Part shown: one piece after another, positions 13,301 through 26,979 of the stretch
Layout: each line of letters begins with the position of its first letter
Numbering within the stretch: the first letter of the stretch is position 1
NCBI RefSeq assembly: GCF_964204645.1
Contig: NC_134026.1
Location: forward strand, 16,464,150 to 16,528,149
DNA: 64,000 nucleotides
Direction of reading: 5' to 3'
Source: Tubulanus polymorphus
Lineage: Eukaryota; Animalia; Nemertea
Position numbers and translations under genes: made by a program
Notes under the pieces: model-generated
Told to the model about the DNA's origin: nothing
The model's database searches: none
Seen by the model: only the letters and a program-made list of their open reading frames with translations

Positions 13301-14754
13301 TCAGAATGACCCTTCTTATGGCGGGAAACACAACCCTCGTCAAGGGAGGTGTCAGCTCTGATCACTTCAACTCTTACGATGAATTCTCGATGATAGTTTA
13401 TTTACGGGCGTAGGCTATAACATGCTCGTACATTTAGGTTGCCCTATCATTGAAAACATCAGCAAAACGTATACCTGTTAATTTAAAGTTACTTAATATC
13501 AATAGGTTCTGTAACGAACATAGACCAATGGAAGAGAAAAAGCTGACAGACAAACCCAATAAAGACGACCATACAAAACGACCTGAAAGACAGACGCGGA
13601 TTCCATTATATCTCACAGGTACATGAAAATTAACGCTAGGTTTATACTCATAGGGTCAGCGACAATTCAAGATGTTTTTGATTTATATTTTTAATTACAA
13701 TCTGTTACTATTAAAGAATATATTTAAATGTTTGCATGTATATAAATATAAATTCAAGGTTAATTCAATACAACCTAAGAACATATTTAATATTTCAACC
13801 CTCTAGTAACCCTCTAATGACAATACTAATCCTATGACTTCACTGACCATGTAATGATACTGAACATGTGACACTCTCGAACACAAGAACCCTTTCTTAT
13901 GCTCCAACGCTATTGACAATATAACCCTATTACCTTCCCTGACACAACAACCCTATGATCCTATGACCCTCTCTGACCCTACGTTTAACTATACCCCCAG
14001 TATGGTTATGGTCAATGTCAGGGATTTACTTTAAACAATGATTCTGACCCTGTAAACAGGGTTTTATTTCTTTCGTTGCGATTCATATAGTAACGAAATC
14101 GATATTGTTTACAGATGTATCACGTTACTGTATCACGTTGTTGTACACGATGTTAAACGTGCGCGAAATATGTTACTTGTGGATGAATCCGTCGCTGAAT
14201 TAGGATGCAAAGATAGAGTACAGAAATTGAATAAGTTTTATTCTACTACTGCCGGTATGTTTGCTGCGATAAAACCTTGTGGAATCGTCGTCAGAATGGT
14301 TGAGATGTTTTCGCATGAAAGTATAACACAGGCTTTCCTTTTCTTACATGAAACATATGTGAGAAATGGATATAAAGATTACTTGAGATACGTCGGTTAT
14401 GATCGTTGCTGTGAGTTGCATCCATTTTTGTGCCGACTAGCCAAAGACGGTGTTGTTGAAGCATCCGAATTGTTGGAGAACACCAAGTTTTTGGTGGATA
14501 TTTTCCATGTTGTGAAACACACGAAGCCTACATGCATGCCTCTCGATGGGCCTCAATGTAAATACCATCCTAATTTAGATGCATTTCAAGATATCGCCGG
14601 CACGAATACAGAAAGTTGCGAACAGGGTTTCGTTCGATTGAATCGATACAAAGCGGCAACTAGATACATGACCAGGAATAAAAGGAAATTATTTTTCAAC
14701 TTGATTAATAATGACTTTAACGAGAGACTTGAAAAAAGATTAAAACTTGTATAA
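10399..14754 (+). CDS. KDZ-family transposase with CxC5/CxC6-like cysteine clusters (spliced; middle exons uncertain, possibly frameshifted)
   Basis: Exon 1 10399-11061 (CLFC...GECRHC, SQTAFS; donor GTGAGT). Exon 2 from 13131 (HVCETKGC...IDGNEKLHRAKC). Probable exon 13506-13618 (RFCNEH). Last exon to 14754 has KDZ core motifs PCGIVV, EMFSHES, GYDRCC, VDIFH..KH, NTESCEQ. The splice phase into the last exon does not close with the obvious sites; an 11-bp duplication near 14116-14139 may be a lesion. Confidence 0.8.
11190..13010. repeat. Degenerate telomere-like array (TAACCC/TAAACCC/TAAACAC) in transposase intron 1
   Basis: C-rich strand built from CCCTAA and CCCTAAA variants; an internal ~200-bp block near 11270-11470 is repeated near 12163-12360. 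Confidence 0.95.
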
Positions 14755-15412
14755 AACATGTGTAAAACGCGCTTCACACCGTATGTTTATTACTTTTCTA
14801 AACTGATAAAGATATTAGTATAAACGAGGAGATTTTTCTAAGCTTTTGGCTACGTATTCCAATGGTCGTTTTATTGAAGCTTAAGACCTGAAATTTGATA
14901 GAAAAATGTTGTATTATACAGAACTAGTAACATGTTATGTTATGTTGTAATCACAGCAATGAGATTTGCTCTTTATAGGTTATTTTAGCTGATGTTTGTC
15001 TCATTTCAGCCCAACATTAATGAAGGAGTTAATACCCGGCATTACTTTTTCCGAATCCTCATAGTTTCTGAAATATTGAACTGTAAACTGTCTAATAGGG
15101 GGGGGGGGGGGGGGGGTTACAAAGCTAATCCCGCTAAAACCAATTTCAAACGTCTTCTCTGGGATTAAAGATGTAGTTGACACGAAAATAGATGTGAATA
15201 TAAACTTAAATCATAGCTCCAATGAAAATATATATATTCCCATTGTAATGTTACGATGTAAATAAGGATATACTTTTGAGATATTTTCAAGAAATGGTAA
15301 GTGGATAAGTAACTTCAGTTTAAATTCTAATGTGTACCGGTAATTATATTCGGATGGGCAAATATATAAACAGATACACTTACTGTTGTTCCAAAGGCAC
15401 TTTTGATGCTGA

Positions 15413-18400
15413 CTAGCTGTTAACAAACTCTGATCTTGTCACTTTCAACGAAGTTAACATCTCATCTTCTATGTTTTCAGTTTTGAGAAAACTTATCTGA
15501 AAAGAGATCAATCATAATTGTATATCAATATATATGTACAGAGAGGAATGAAAGGGTCATAAATATTTTAATGGACCCATGTATACAAATATATTGTGTT
15601 TGTATATCACGCGACAAACTGAAAGAATATTTTTTGCCTAGAACTAAGAATTGTTTAAAATGCCTACCTTATCAGTAGCAATGTTTATGGTGCCGGCATT
15701 TCGGTTCTCAAGCATTTGGAATATTTCTTTAATCTTATTCTTCCCCCCATTTACTTTGAATGCCGACTTCTTTTGCATCGCACTCATGAATACCTCTCTC
15801 CCTTGATTTAATATGACAATTTTCATGAGTCGTTGGTTCGTTTCGGTGATACCTTTAGTAAAACAATATTTAGATAATTGTTTGACGTATACGAAATAGT
15901 CGATGCGTGTACAAATGAAAAGCACAAAAACAAAATCTGGATTTTCCCGGAAAACTCAATCTAAAAATCTTATAATCTTTCTATTATGAGACCAAAAATG
16001 AAAAATAGTGGTTTTTCTCGGGAAATGCAAATCTTTATATCCCTCTAGTTATCATATAGGCCTATAGCTCCCATTTTATGTTGCGGTACCGTGGAATTCC
16101 GCGTAAACATAATTATTCTAACATAATTATTTTTATCAAGACATTATATTTGGATGACTGTCGAAATTAATTTTTGCTTTTATTCAAAAGCCGATAAGGC
16201 TAGCCTGTATACCTATATACCTGTACAAATATAACATATTTTACATTATTCTACCGGTTGATAATCTATTAGTGAAAGTTACACTTTTACCATTAATCTA
16301 GTAGTTTAAAAAAACAACAAATACGTGCGTTTTCATAATTGATAATCATTTACCATCGTATGTTTTACAGTCATTTTTAATAATGAAGCTTCAATTTGTA
16401 CAACCTACTACGCTTCTTCAATTACACAAAATCTACTCCGGAATGAAGGCCAGTATACGCCAAACGTGATTTAAGTTCAGGACACTGTTACAGGATCCGA
16501 TTGACCGATTGCCCGGGATAAGCATATTCTCAATAAGGCAAGTTAGTGTCAATAGTTCTATCGATTAGGACGAGGTACCTTTTCTACAGCCAGGGTTTGA
16601 TGTAGCCTACGTCTTAAATTTTTTGACCGTCCATGTGGAGTAGTCCCGAGTGCATCGTCGACATAATGTTACATCACTCAGAAAAGTCCAAGGTGACTTG
16701 TGAGGAACTGTTATTGCGTTTATCTAAGTAACGTATCTTACCATCCGGGATTAAGACTGGCGGCGAATCATTTTCCATTCCCACCACAGTCGCGACATGG
16801 TCAATGCATAGCGAAACAATTTCTACCGAAGCCCTGATCACTTCCGATCTGATTGTGTTCCTCTCGTGATCAAGCTGTTCATCATCACCGTCATAGAAGA
16901 TGTTGAATAGTAGTTGTATCGCTGGGCAAAGACGAAGTACCTGTCCCTTGCCTTTTGAGTAAAGCGCTGTTAATATGAAAGCAATATCAAATTAATTTTT
17001 CTTTAATGATTTTGTGGTAATATGTTAAACCGTAAAGTATGATCAATATTCAAATCGTATAGAACACTTGCTGATTAATTTGCTATGACATTATCATTTG
17101 CAAGTAGGTGAATTTGTTATTTTCTTTGTTTTCAACAGCTGGAAATACCTGAAGACTTGAAAGTACTCCTCGCTACTAAAATATAACTATAATATAATTT
17201 ATTAGATTTAAACTCACCACTTAGCAGGTTGTTGGCCAAACAATTCGATTTCAATTTTTGTTGAAATTTATCATAAATGTCCGAAACTTCGTTATCTGTA
17301 TCTGTGTCTATTCTGTACAAGGTCACATCATTGTCACCGTTGTGCAGTACTTGTTTACTGAATGCCTCGCCTACATTTAGTGAAACATTTATAAATCAAA
17401 AATTTGAAAAATATAGGAGGTACTTTTTAGGACTAGAATAAAAACATATAATGATCTTAATAAAAGACAAATTTTTTACTTTCAATACGTAAAAATACAC
17501 TTCCAAGTAAAGAGTTAATTTAGAATTTTCAAAAAATATAATGAAAACTAATTGAACTATTACAACGATTTAGCAATTCACGATATTCCGCTCCAAAACA
17601 CGTTTTGTGCGATGAGGAACAAGTGACCAACATCAGTCACGAATCAGAACATTAAACTGACCCGTTTCCCGTCTACATAGCAACATTTCATAAAACCGGC
17701 AACTATCTATTTACTTACATAAACGCTCAATGAAGACATCTCCGGTATCATCGTCCGTACACTTTAAATCTTCGAATGTGTTGAATTTCGGCTTAGGAAA
17801 TAACCAAAGAAATCTTGATGTGAGACCTTTGTCAATATTTTGCTTCTCCGTTATTAATGAATATGCCGTACTTGGCTGTGTCATCCCAAATATCGATAGG
17901 CCGGTGGTTTCCATTGTAAAATTAGCTTTTTCACCAACTGTAAAATAGATACCGGCATTATTATCTTTTATGTTGAGCATGTTTATGTTAAAAATGAGAA
18001 TTTCTAACAATACAACCGGTGGGTGTCTATGTTCTTGTTGTTAGTAAATTTTGTATATCAATAGACAAATGGTTACTAGTGGGCTCATGTGTTTTGATTA
18101 TGTTCAATGACTTTAATAGGTGGCAGCTTCCCTGGCCTGGACACTGAGAGGTGACGACTATTGACTTGTTGCCGCGATCTGGACTGGTCCGGACACAAGT
18201 ATGATTTAACTTTTATATGGTTTATCTTATTTATTGAATTGAACCTGCAGTGAATAGGCTTAAATTATTTGGATGAATCCAGAAATGACCTTACCCGTTT
18301 TCCTTGTCCAGGAATTACCGTTATACATTTGTAATATTCTTGAAAATTCGTTTGTTTCTAACAATCCCTTGCTTCCGCTGTATATGTTTATTTGCGTTAA

Positions 18401-19687
18401 GAAATTTGTTAATTCATCTTGTAGGGCAAATGCTTTTCCGTTGTTTTCGGCCATCAAGGCGCCCATTTTTTCAAAACTTTGATCGTCTAATGTCCAGATA
18501 ACAGATTTAACGTCTGGTCTTGACTCTTCCACCTTGTTTTTGATCATTTTTAGTACTTTACTCATCAGCCTATACACTGTTGACTTCCCTGACCCAGTCG
18601 GGGTGCAAACGGCAAGCCAGTTGATAGCCGGTTCTTCCCACATGGTGTTTGAAACTTTGACGATCGCGTTACTACATATATATGATGATATGCCTAATAA
18701 CCCAAAAAGTACTGACGAATCGGGTACGTTCATCTTATCTGCAAGAAATTTACAACCCTGCAACAAAATAAAATAGAATCATTTTTTTAGAATTACTTTT
18801 TGTTATAGGCCTAGGCCTATAATGAAATGAACTTCATAAAATATTATTCTAATACTGTTATACTTTGTTCAGAGGTTATGGCTCAACCGCATTCCTAAAT
18901 TCACGAGAAAAAGGTTAAATATTCATTGACTTGAATATGGAAGAAATGTATTTTTTTATGATTTATACCCTAGAAATTTATTGCTCAATTTCTTGTAAAT
19001 GATATCCTAGCTATTCAATGACAAGGGTTAAATTTTCAAATTCCTGGAGCGGGGTGTTTTTGAGTCATACAGGGCATGGTTTTGAGAAAAATTATAGGTT
19101 ACCAGGGCTGTTAGGAAGTCTACTGACTAAAAAATCTAATCAATAATTAGGCCTAGACCTAGCCTTAGATCTATAGGCCAACCATGTTGACGATATTAAT
19201 GATGACTATTTCCGCGATTTAAATTATTGTTGTTATGAAATAGGCTTAGCCTAACTAGAAAACCGAAGAACAATTTTGTATGAAATAATGGTAATCTCTT
19301 TGACGCGACGGGTACATACTCTGTGTTGGTATCAACAGACAAATAAGAGGCCTCTACAGGGACACATTTACGTCATTTCAAACGGTGAAATGGTTAACGA
19401 CTTCCACTACATATTTATTAAATAGACCTATTCCAACTGCATAATGTAGACAATAGTGCGGCATACATAGCCATTGAGCTATATATCCATACGATGCAAG
19501 GAAATAGCATATGTTATGGAAAAGGTGCATGAATTACGAATTAATTCTGTTGCTAAATGCAGGCCTTAAGTAGCCTATTTGATATGGTTGGCTAAAGTTT
19601 ACTTACCTCTTCCAGCTTCGTTGGGAAAACATTCCAGCGTATTTCTTTCTCCCAACATTTATTTAAATAAGCTAATCTAGATTCCAT
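15413..19687 (-). CDS. DUF3987/YfjI-like P-loop AAA+ NTPase (helicase-like), 7 exons, 469 aa, apparently intact
   Basis: Exons 19687-19607, 18757-18295, 17937-17719, 17370-17218, 16966-16742, 15852-15668, 15496-15413. All introns are GT-AG with matching phases, total 1410 nt. Motifs: WEEP..W, Walker A TPTGSGKS, Walker B FALQDE, YNG.SW.R, SIFGMTQP, arginine-finger-like GLTSRFL. Confidence 0.85.
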
Positions 19688-19829
19688 GTTGAAATGATTG
19701 AATGGGATCAGCTTTTTATGTTTGATGATAAAAGTCGTTGTGTTACTACGCAACAAATGACTGTTCCCTAAATAAATTAGTTAATTTCCGTGGTAACGGA
19801 TCAAAATCCTTATAACATTATTCACTGTA

Positions 19830-20170
19830 CACGATTTTTGGAATGAGATTTCCGGAAATTTCCAGAAAAATCCGGAATTTATTTTCCGGAATTCCATTTG
19901 ACCCCCCCCCCCCTGCGATAATGAGATTTCTAGAATTTTCCGGAAATTTCTGGAATTATTTGTTTAAATTTTAACACCACGATTTTTGTAATGAGATTTC
20001 CGGAAATTTCCAGAAAAATCCGGAATTTATTTTCCGGAATTCCAAGTGACCCCCCCCCCCCTGCGATAATGAGATTTCTAGAATTTTCCGGAAAATTCTG
20101 GAATTATTTGTTTAAATTGTAAGACCCCTCCTTAGATTTTTCCGGAAATTTCTAAATGATTCCGGAAATT
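19830..20170. repeat. Right subterminal repeats of the KDZ element (about 2 x 148 bp, TTCCGGAA-rich)
   Basis: aatgagatttccggaaatttccagaaaaatccggaatt...(C)n tgcgataatgagatttctagaattttccggaaa occurs twice. Confidence 0.85.
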
Positions 20171-20494
20171 GAGAAAATGTCAGAAACCGCACCATTATGC
20201 AATAAACAGACTTTGAATTGATCAAGTTTAAATCAAGGTCGTTGAGTCGCGGAAGGCTACTAGAATTACGTTCGTCTTCGTCTCAGAGAGAAAACAAACG
20301 ACAGAAAAGTATCAGGTGATTATCGATAGCCTACAACGGTACACACAGTTGACAAACAGTGTTAGGCCTGTGCCGGTTGGTGCGTACTGGGACTAAATAT
20401 ACTGGTTGGTCAGTTGGTTCGGTTGTGAAGTGTGGAAGCTAAGATTATAAGAAAGCCTACCGGTATTTATTTGTCTATAGGCCTATTATATAGA

Positions 20495-20980
20495 AGCCAA
20501 TACCATTTTAAGTACGTAGTTGTTAACCGCACGTGATTGACGGTGATCTCCACAGGTTAACCGCGTATGTGAGGTCCCTACTAAGTATATAATGCCATAT
20601 GAGTGAGTTCCTAGTAGCCAATACCATTTTAAGTACGAAATTGTAACACGTACGTGACTGTACGGTGATATCCACAGGTTAACCGTACGTGAGTTCCCTA
20701 AAAACGCTGTATGTGAGTTCCTATAATCAGCAAACGCGCATGCGTAAAAGAATAGAGTTTGGGTTAGGTGAGGCTAGGCTATTTGTAAATCAAATTTCAT
20801 CCACCCACCAGTTACGTTCTGTGGCACAGTGGGTAAATCACTGGACTACTACTGGATTTTTTTTTCGTTTGGTTTCGAATCCCAATATTGCAAGTCTGAG
20901 CGTCAACGTACTCACATATGGCTAACCTGTAGAAATCACCGTACAGTCACGTACAGGTAACAACAGCGTTTTAAGTATTA
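20495..20980. mobile_element. Non-autonomous element with direct and inverted arms enclosing a degenerate tRNA-like A/B-box segment (second copy ~43927-44412)
   Basis: A ~120-bp unit (agccaataccattttaagtacg...cgtgactgtacggtgat.tccacaggttaaccg) occurs twice, with an inverted partial copy at ~20923-20978. A box tggcacagtgg and B box ttcgaatccc lie between them. Confidence 0.5.
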
Positions 20981-22010
20981 AGTGAGTACGACAAGCCTAC
21001 CATGCCTATGTACCACAAACACAACTTTTTCCCTCTCGTCGGCCCTACAGTGATGTTACTATAACTGGTGCCATTATAATATGGATAGGATTTGGTCAGG
21101 ACTAGCCTAAAGTCTAATTCAGTCTATGTACTAATTCACTCAATAGGCCTATTTTTAAAACAATACAGTGAAATATTCACACGCAGAAAGGCTAATTGAT
21201 TTGAGCCATGTGATTAAGTTTGGCCAGGCCTTCTCTGACCTGCTGACATTAATAGTCAAACCAAACCGTTCATGTGGTCACGGCTTGTATTACCAGAAAT
21301 CATTGTAGGCCTGTACATTTTGCTGTTCGTAAGTTTGGTATACCGATTTCTCCATTCTTGACTGATAAGTGTACGGTACAGCTGTACGCATTATATAATT
21401 GTTCCAATGGGAATAGGGCCTATTGATTGGGCTTATTATTTCCTGCTTTAGAGTACTGAAATAAACCTAATGTTCATTCAAATATCCAACATCGGTGAAA
21501 GTTTGATTAATACTGTATACATGTACTGTAGGTTTTCATGTTGTATGAATATTTTGCAGTTCAAATGGGTATGATGCTGATTCCATTGTCAAACGCATGA
21601 AGTTAGATGGTCAAGGACAGTCAACACCAAGATATCTCTCTTCGACCGATGTTGTACCATAGAAGATCTGATTCTTTCAACTCAAGGAAAGTGATTCAAC
21701 ACGATCGACAACACTGGAATAGGTTTGCAGTAACTAACTGTTCATTTCATTTAGTCCTATGTACTTTTTAGCCAATTTGGATTTGATTGTAATTGAAACT
21801 CTGGAACTGTTAACAAAAGACAAGTAAGACAAGTTGAAAAAACACAAGTTATGCTTGATTCTCATGTTCAAATTTAATTCAAATTTATTTTATTACATCA
21901 TATTTACAAAGCATATCATTGGTTCATACAGTAATAAAAATTAGGGCAGAACAAATATCATTACAGAAACTCCAAAAAGGCAATGAATTTCTATGACTAA
22001 ATGAACATTA

Positions 22011-22558
22011 TTTTTAGCCCACTTGGGACTTTAGTCCCAGCGGGCTATTGCGTTCACTTTTCGTCCGTCGTCCGTCCGTAGACGGAAATCAGTTATTTTA
22101 GGAAGTTCTGAAGACGCTTCAATGTAATGTCTTGATATTTGGGTTACACATGTATCTACCCTAGACACATCTTCAGCTCAAAAACTGGCCCTGTCAGAAT
22201 CAAGATGGCCGACTGGCAGCCATTGTTGTTCGCCAAAATCAACACTTTTTACACATTTTTGAACTTTTTGAGGGAAATTTTGAAGATGCTTTGATCAATT
22301 ACCTTGATCTTTCGGATATATGTGAATGCCCCTGGGCTCATCAGCATAACAAAAATTGGGATACGGACTCAAGATGGCCGTCCTATGACCTTTTTTAGTG
22401 AATTTTGGCCCGAATTCTGAGTTTGCAATTTCTCATTGCAATTTGTGATGGGTATTCTTTGAAAAGGGATGTTTTATACCTTTGATACCTGAATTGTTAG
22501 ATTGTTGAGCATTTGGAACCACTTCCCAAGTGGGCATGGTGTCCCTGGACCCCTAGTT
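22011..22558 (+). mobile_element. Helentron-associated non-autonomous element (HINE/DINE-1/pearl-like)
   Basis: Starts tttttagcccacttggg, has a (CGTC)n microsatellite, a 3' subterminal IR cccaagtgggc, then a short hairpin and tagtt. Confidence 0.7.
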
Positions 22559-24989
22559 CTAATAACTCAGAACACACGCAACTAGTGGAATAGGTTTGAT
22601 TTACACACATGTTGCAGGTATCAATTGTTTATCACTGTAGAATTTGTAATCCATAAAAGCCAAAATCAACATCAGCCGGAAACCCAGACCAAATCAATTC
22701 ATAATTTATTGATTGAATCTACACTACGATATATGTATTTATTCAAATATTTCAATAAAAACATTAACTTCTTAAATCTAATCTATTCTAAATCATAATA
22801 CGTTCTTATTTGTGAATTCACTCAATCTATCGGCTCAGCAGGTGCTTAAGATGAGTTCTTAATAGGACAGATCCATTTTTAAGGATGGTGATAATACAGT
22901 ATCATGATGTTTGAATGCCAAAATAAGTGCCTGGTCAAATATATTAATATTTGTGATTGTACGTCCACGTATGTTCGGTTTCAAAGCTGAATCATATTTG
23001 ACGTTTACACAGTGGTTGCATATTAGGTTCGAATCTGTCAATGCGTTTTATTCTATGTATCGATATTTCAATTTACTACAATTCCCATCATTCTGAATGG
23101 CTTTACAGAAAACCCGTCATCGCTGCTTTGCAGCTATATTCTTATTTTAAAATTTGTAACTTTATTGGATTTGGGAATCGGACCAATAAAGATTGAATTG
23201 AATTGTCCCCTGATACAAATGCCATTAGGGGATGCGGAGCCGTATTGGAAAGCTATGCTATTATAGATTGGATAATCGGGATGATCCCATGAAACCTGCA
23301 TACCTCTAATATCGAACACATTTTCTAAAACATTTGAATATTGAAATCACATGTTTACACATTTTTACATTACGATTTTTATCGAATAATCCGATTTACT
23401 TATCATTTCTATTTATGCCTACCGCTTCTGATATAATCATACATCCATTACTATTACAATACGTCTTCTCATGATATTCAATGCAATATAACATTTCGAC
23501 GTTCAAATATGGCTCATTGTATAATCACAGGAAGACATTCTACATCTTTGTCAATACAACTTTGCCAAATAGCTTGTTTGTGTACACATAGACCTGTAAC
23601 GTTTTGCACATCGATTCACGGTTACGTAAAATGACGCTGAATGGTTAACATTGTTAAGGTTTCATAATGGTAACGTTTTATAATAAGGCGTCAAAAAATC
23701 AAGTCCGGGAAGCCTGGTCCCTTCGAAAAGCAGGTGTGAAATAAATCCGAAAATAAAATCTGGCCTGACGGGTGAATATAAATCTTAATTTGAGCTGAAT
23801 TGTACATGAATTGGGAGAAATTCATCGGAGCAACACGCGCACCAATCAACGGAATCCTCGCTCGGTAAAGAAAAGACTTAAAGCGAGGGCACAATGCGCG
23901 ATTTCGTCGGGCGATTTTAGTTTATAACAACTATTCAGTCCCCCACCTGACTCCAGTGGGTGCGATGTAGATGTAATGGAGCTTTCCACTAACAAATAAA
24001 GTAAGATATTAAAAAAATTATAGGCCGACGAAATCGCATGTGCGTCAGGTAGGACGGATTGTTCGCCTCGAGCGCCGTATTCAATCGACCAATCACAGCT
24101 TTTCAACGGTTCACGAGGCAGTAGCGCTAGTGAAGTTTCAAGGCTGTTGATGTTCACGGTGATTGAATTGAACTGATTGATTTGAACATGATGCTGTTGA
24201 GTCCATACACGGGCCCTGGTTTCCCGTTTAAAGCATTTCATTTTAGAAAAAAACTTTGGTTTGCCATGTATGTTGGAGCTTCGTTCTCACGCTTGGAGGC
24301 GCGGAAGGAGTTGAGTGTTAGGTTATTTTCGAGTCGAACCATTTTACCTCGTACATGTACATATATTTGCATGAAATAGAAATACAGTTAAACGAGGGGG
24401 AATGCCCATCCTGTCTCCGTGACTAAATTCACTTATAGTTTTTTCTTGTTATTTGGTACCGGTGACAATATATCATTTGAAAACATTAATATGCAGTCAG
24501 TAAGCCATAACTCGAGTCTTTCCCTGCCATTTTATATCTATATTTGAAAATTTCAATCTTTTTTTATTCAAAAAAGTTGCAAAAATTTGTTTTTGATAAC
24601 GATAAAATCCTGCCTGCCGGGTGCAGAGTTTCCACAAATCTGTATTTTCTTAATAAATAAGAAAACATCTGCCTGCTCGGTCACTTTGGTGGGTAGAGAA
24701 GGTGGAGAAACAAGGCATCATTGTTGTTTAGCCTCAGTTACAGTGTACAATCTTATAGCTTTTTTAGGTGCATCACAGTCATGATGGGAATCAGCAGCCA
24801 ATCTTAAATTCACCAGAACTCCAATCATTGGAATTCATGATTTCTGCTTCGCCCGTCTAGACCATAATTTGAAGATATATCTTGCTTTCAATTCCATGTT
24901 TGATGATATTTCTTCAGCGAATTCGTAGGCTGCTTTGTAATTTGAAAATTCCATAATACGGGATTGATGTGTCGCAATCAGAATCTGCA

Positions 24990-26100
<1,111 letters not shown>

Positions 26101-26736
26101 TTAGTTATTTCAATTCTGAACTGAATTTTAAGTCGACTCGTCTTGTATACAGATTTAGAAATTATGACAAATGTATTTTCACGCTTTGTCAGTTTAAAGC
26201 TTAGTTGAGGTACAAAAGTCGAAATGCGCGCTTTTTGGGTGTCAGTCCATTCTCTAAGTCGGCAGGAAGAGTATCGTTCGCTCTGAAATAAATCTTTGCA
26301 GGAATAATGTGTTGTAAGTACATGTACTATTAATTTTGTAATGTATCTCGGTGTTTGTCGACATTTTGTGTAAATTTCCGTCAAGATTCAAGGATTTGAA
26401 AGCTCGTAGTTTACATTTTTGCAGCCAATTTCAGGATACGTTTCGAGTTATTTCTCTTGTCAAAATTTATTCGCTGTAAGAGCGCTTAAATTTATCGTTT
26501 TTTCTGCATGCTTCATAAATTTAAAACTTTTTCATGAATTTCGTAGCTTGTTTGCATAATAATCAAACATGTTAATTATGGCTTGTAAGCCCTGTAGTAT
26601 TTGCTTAGACTTAGTATGTTTACAATTTGTATTTTGTAGAAACCGTGTCTTATCGTCGAATTAAAACTGCATATATCTAAACACGCGCGTTTACTCTGTG
26701 ACGTCTCGTTTCGACCATCCAGTATAGGTACCGACC

Positions 26737-26979
26737 TCATGACTGCAGTGAATTGATATGGATCTCAGTATAGTTAACAAATAAAAACCCACAGGTAGAT
26801 TGTAGAAACAGTTTATTTTTTAACAGTTTTGAGTTTAAAACTAAACCTCATCTTCAGAGGAACAAAAAGATACAATAAACTAATTGTATCTTTTTGTTCC
26901 TCTGAAGATGAGGTTTAGTTTTAACCTCGAAACTGTTAAAAAATAAACTGTTTCTACAATCTACAGTGGGTTTTTATTT
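26737..26979. mobile_element. Fold-back Penelope-type pseudo-LTR fragment with degenerate hammerhead motif (second copy 50148-50390)
   Basis: ~99-bp inverted arms at 26778-26876 and 26883-26980. The right arm reads CTGAAGA-tgaggtt...aacctc-GAAA-ctgtt. A 10-bp direct repeat GGTACCGACC flanks it at 26727-26736 and 26980-26989. Confidence 0.6.

Larger units (their letters stand above)
10120..20193. mobile_element. DNA transposon of KDZ (Kyakuja-Dileera-Zisupton) type carrying a DUF3987-like NTPase gene
   Basis: Perfect 20-bp TIR GGTGCGGTTTCTGACATTTT (10120-10139; reverse complement at 20174-20193). ATT on both flanks (10117-10119, 20194-20196). TTCCGGAA-rich subterminal repeats at both ends. 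Two convergent spliced genes inside. Confidence 0.88.

Noticed and set aside
19830-20170. CRISPR-like repeat array (also 10165-10392 and 130-375)
   Set aside because: No unique equal-length spacers, no cas genes, eukaryotic context; these are subterminal or tandem repeats.
20818-20890. Functional tRNA gene (also the B-box-like motif at ~2096-2108, minus strand)
   Set aside because: A/B boxes are present but no convincing cloverleaf; likely SINE- or transposon-derived.
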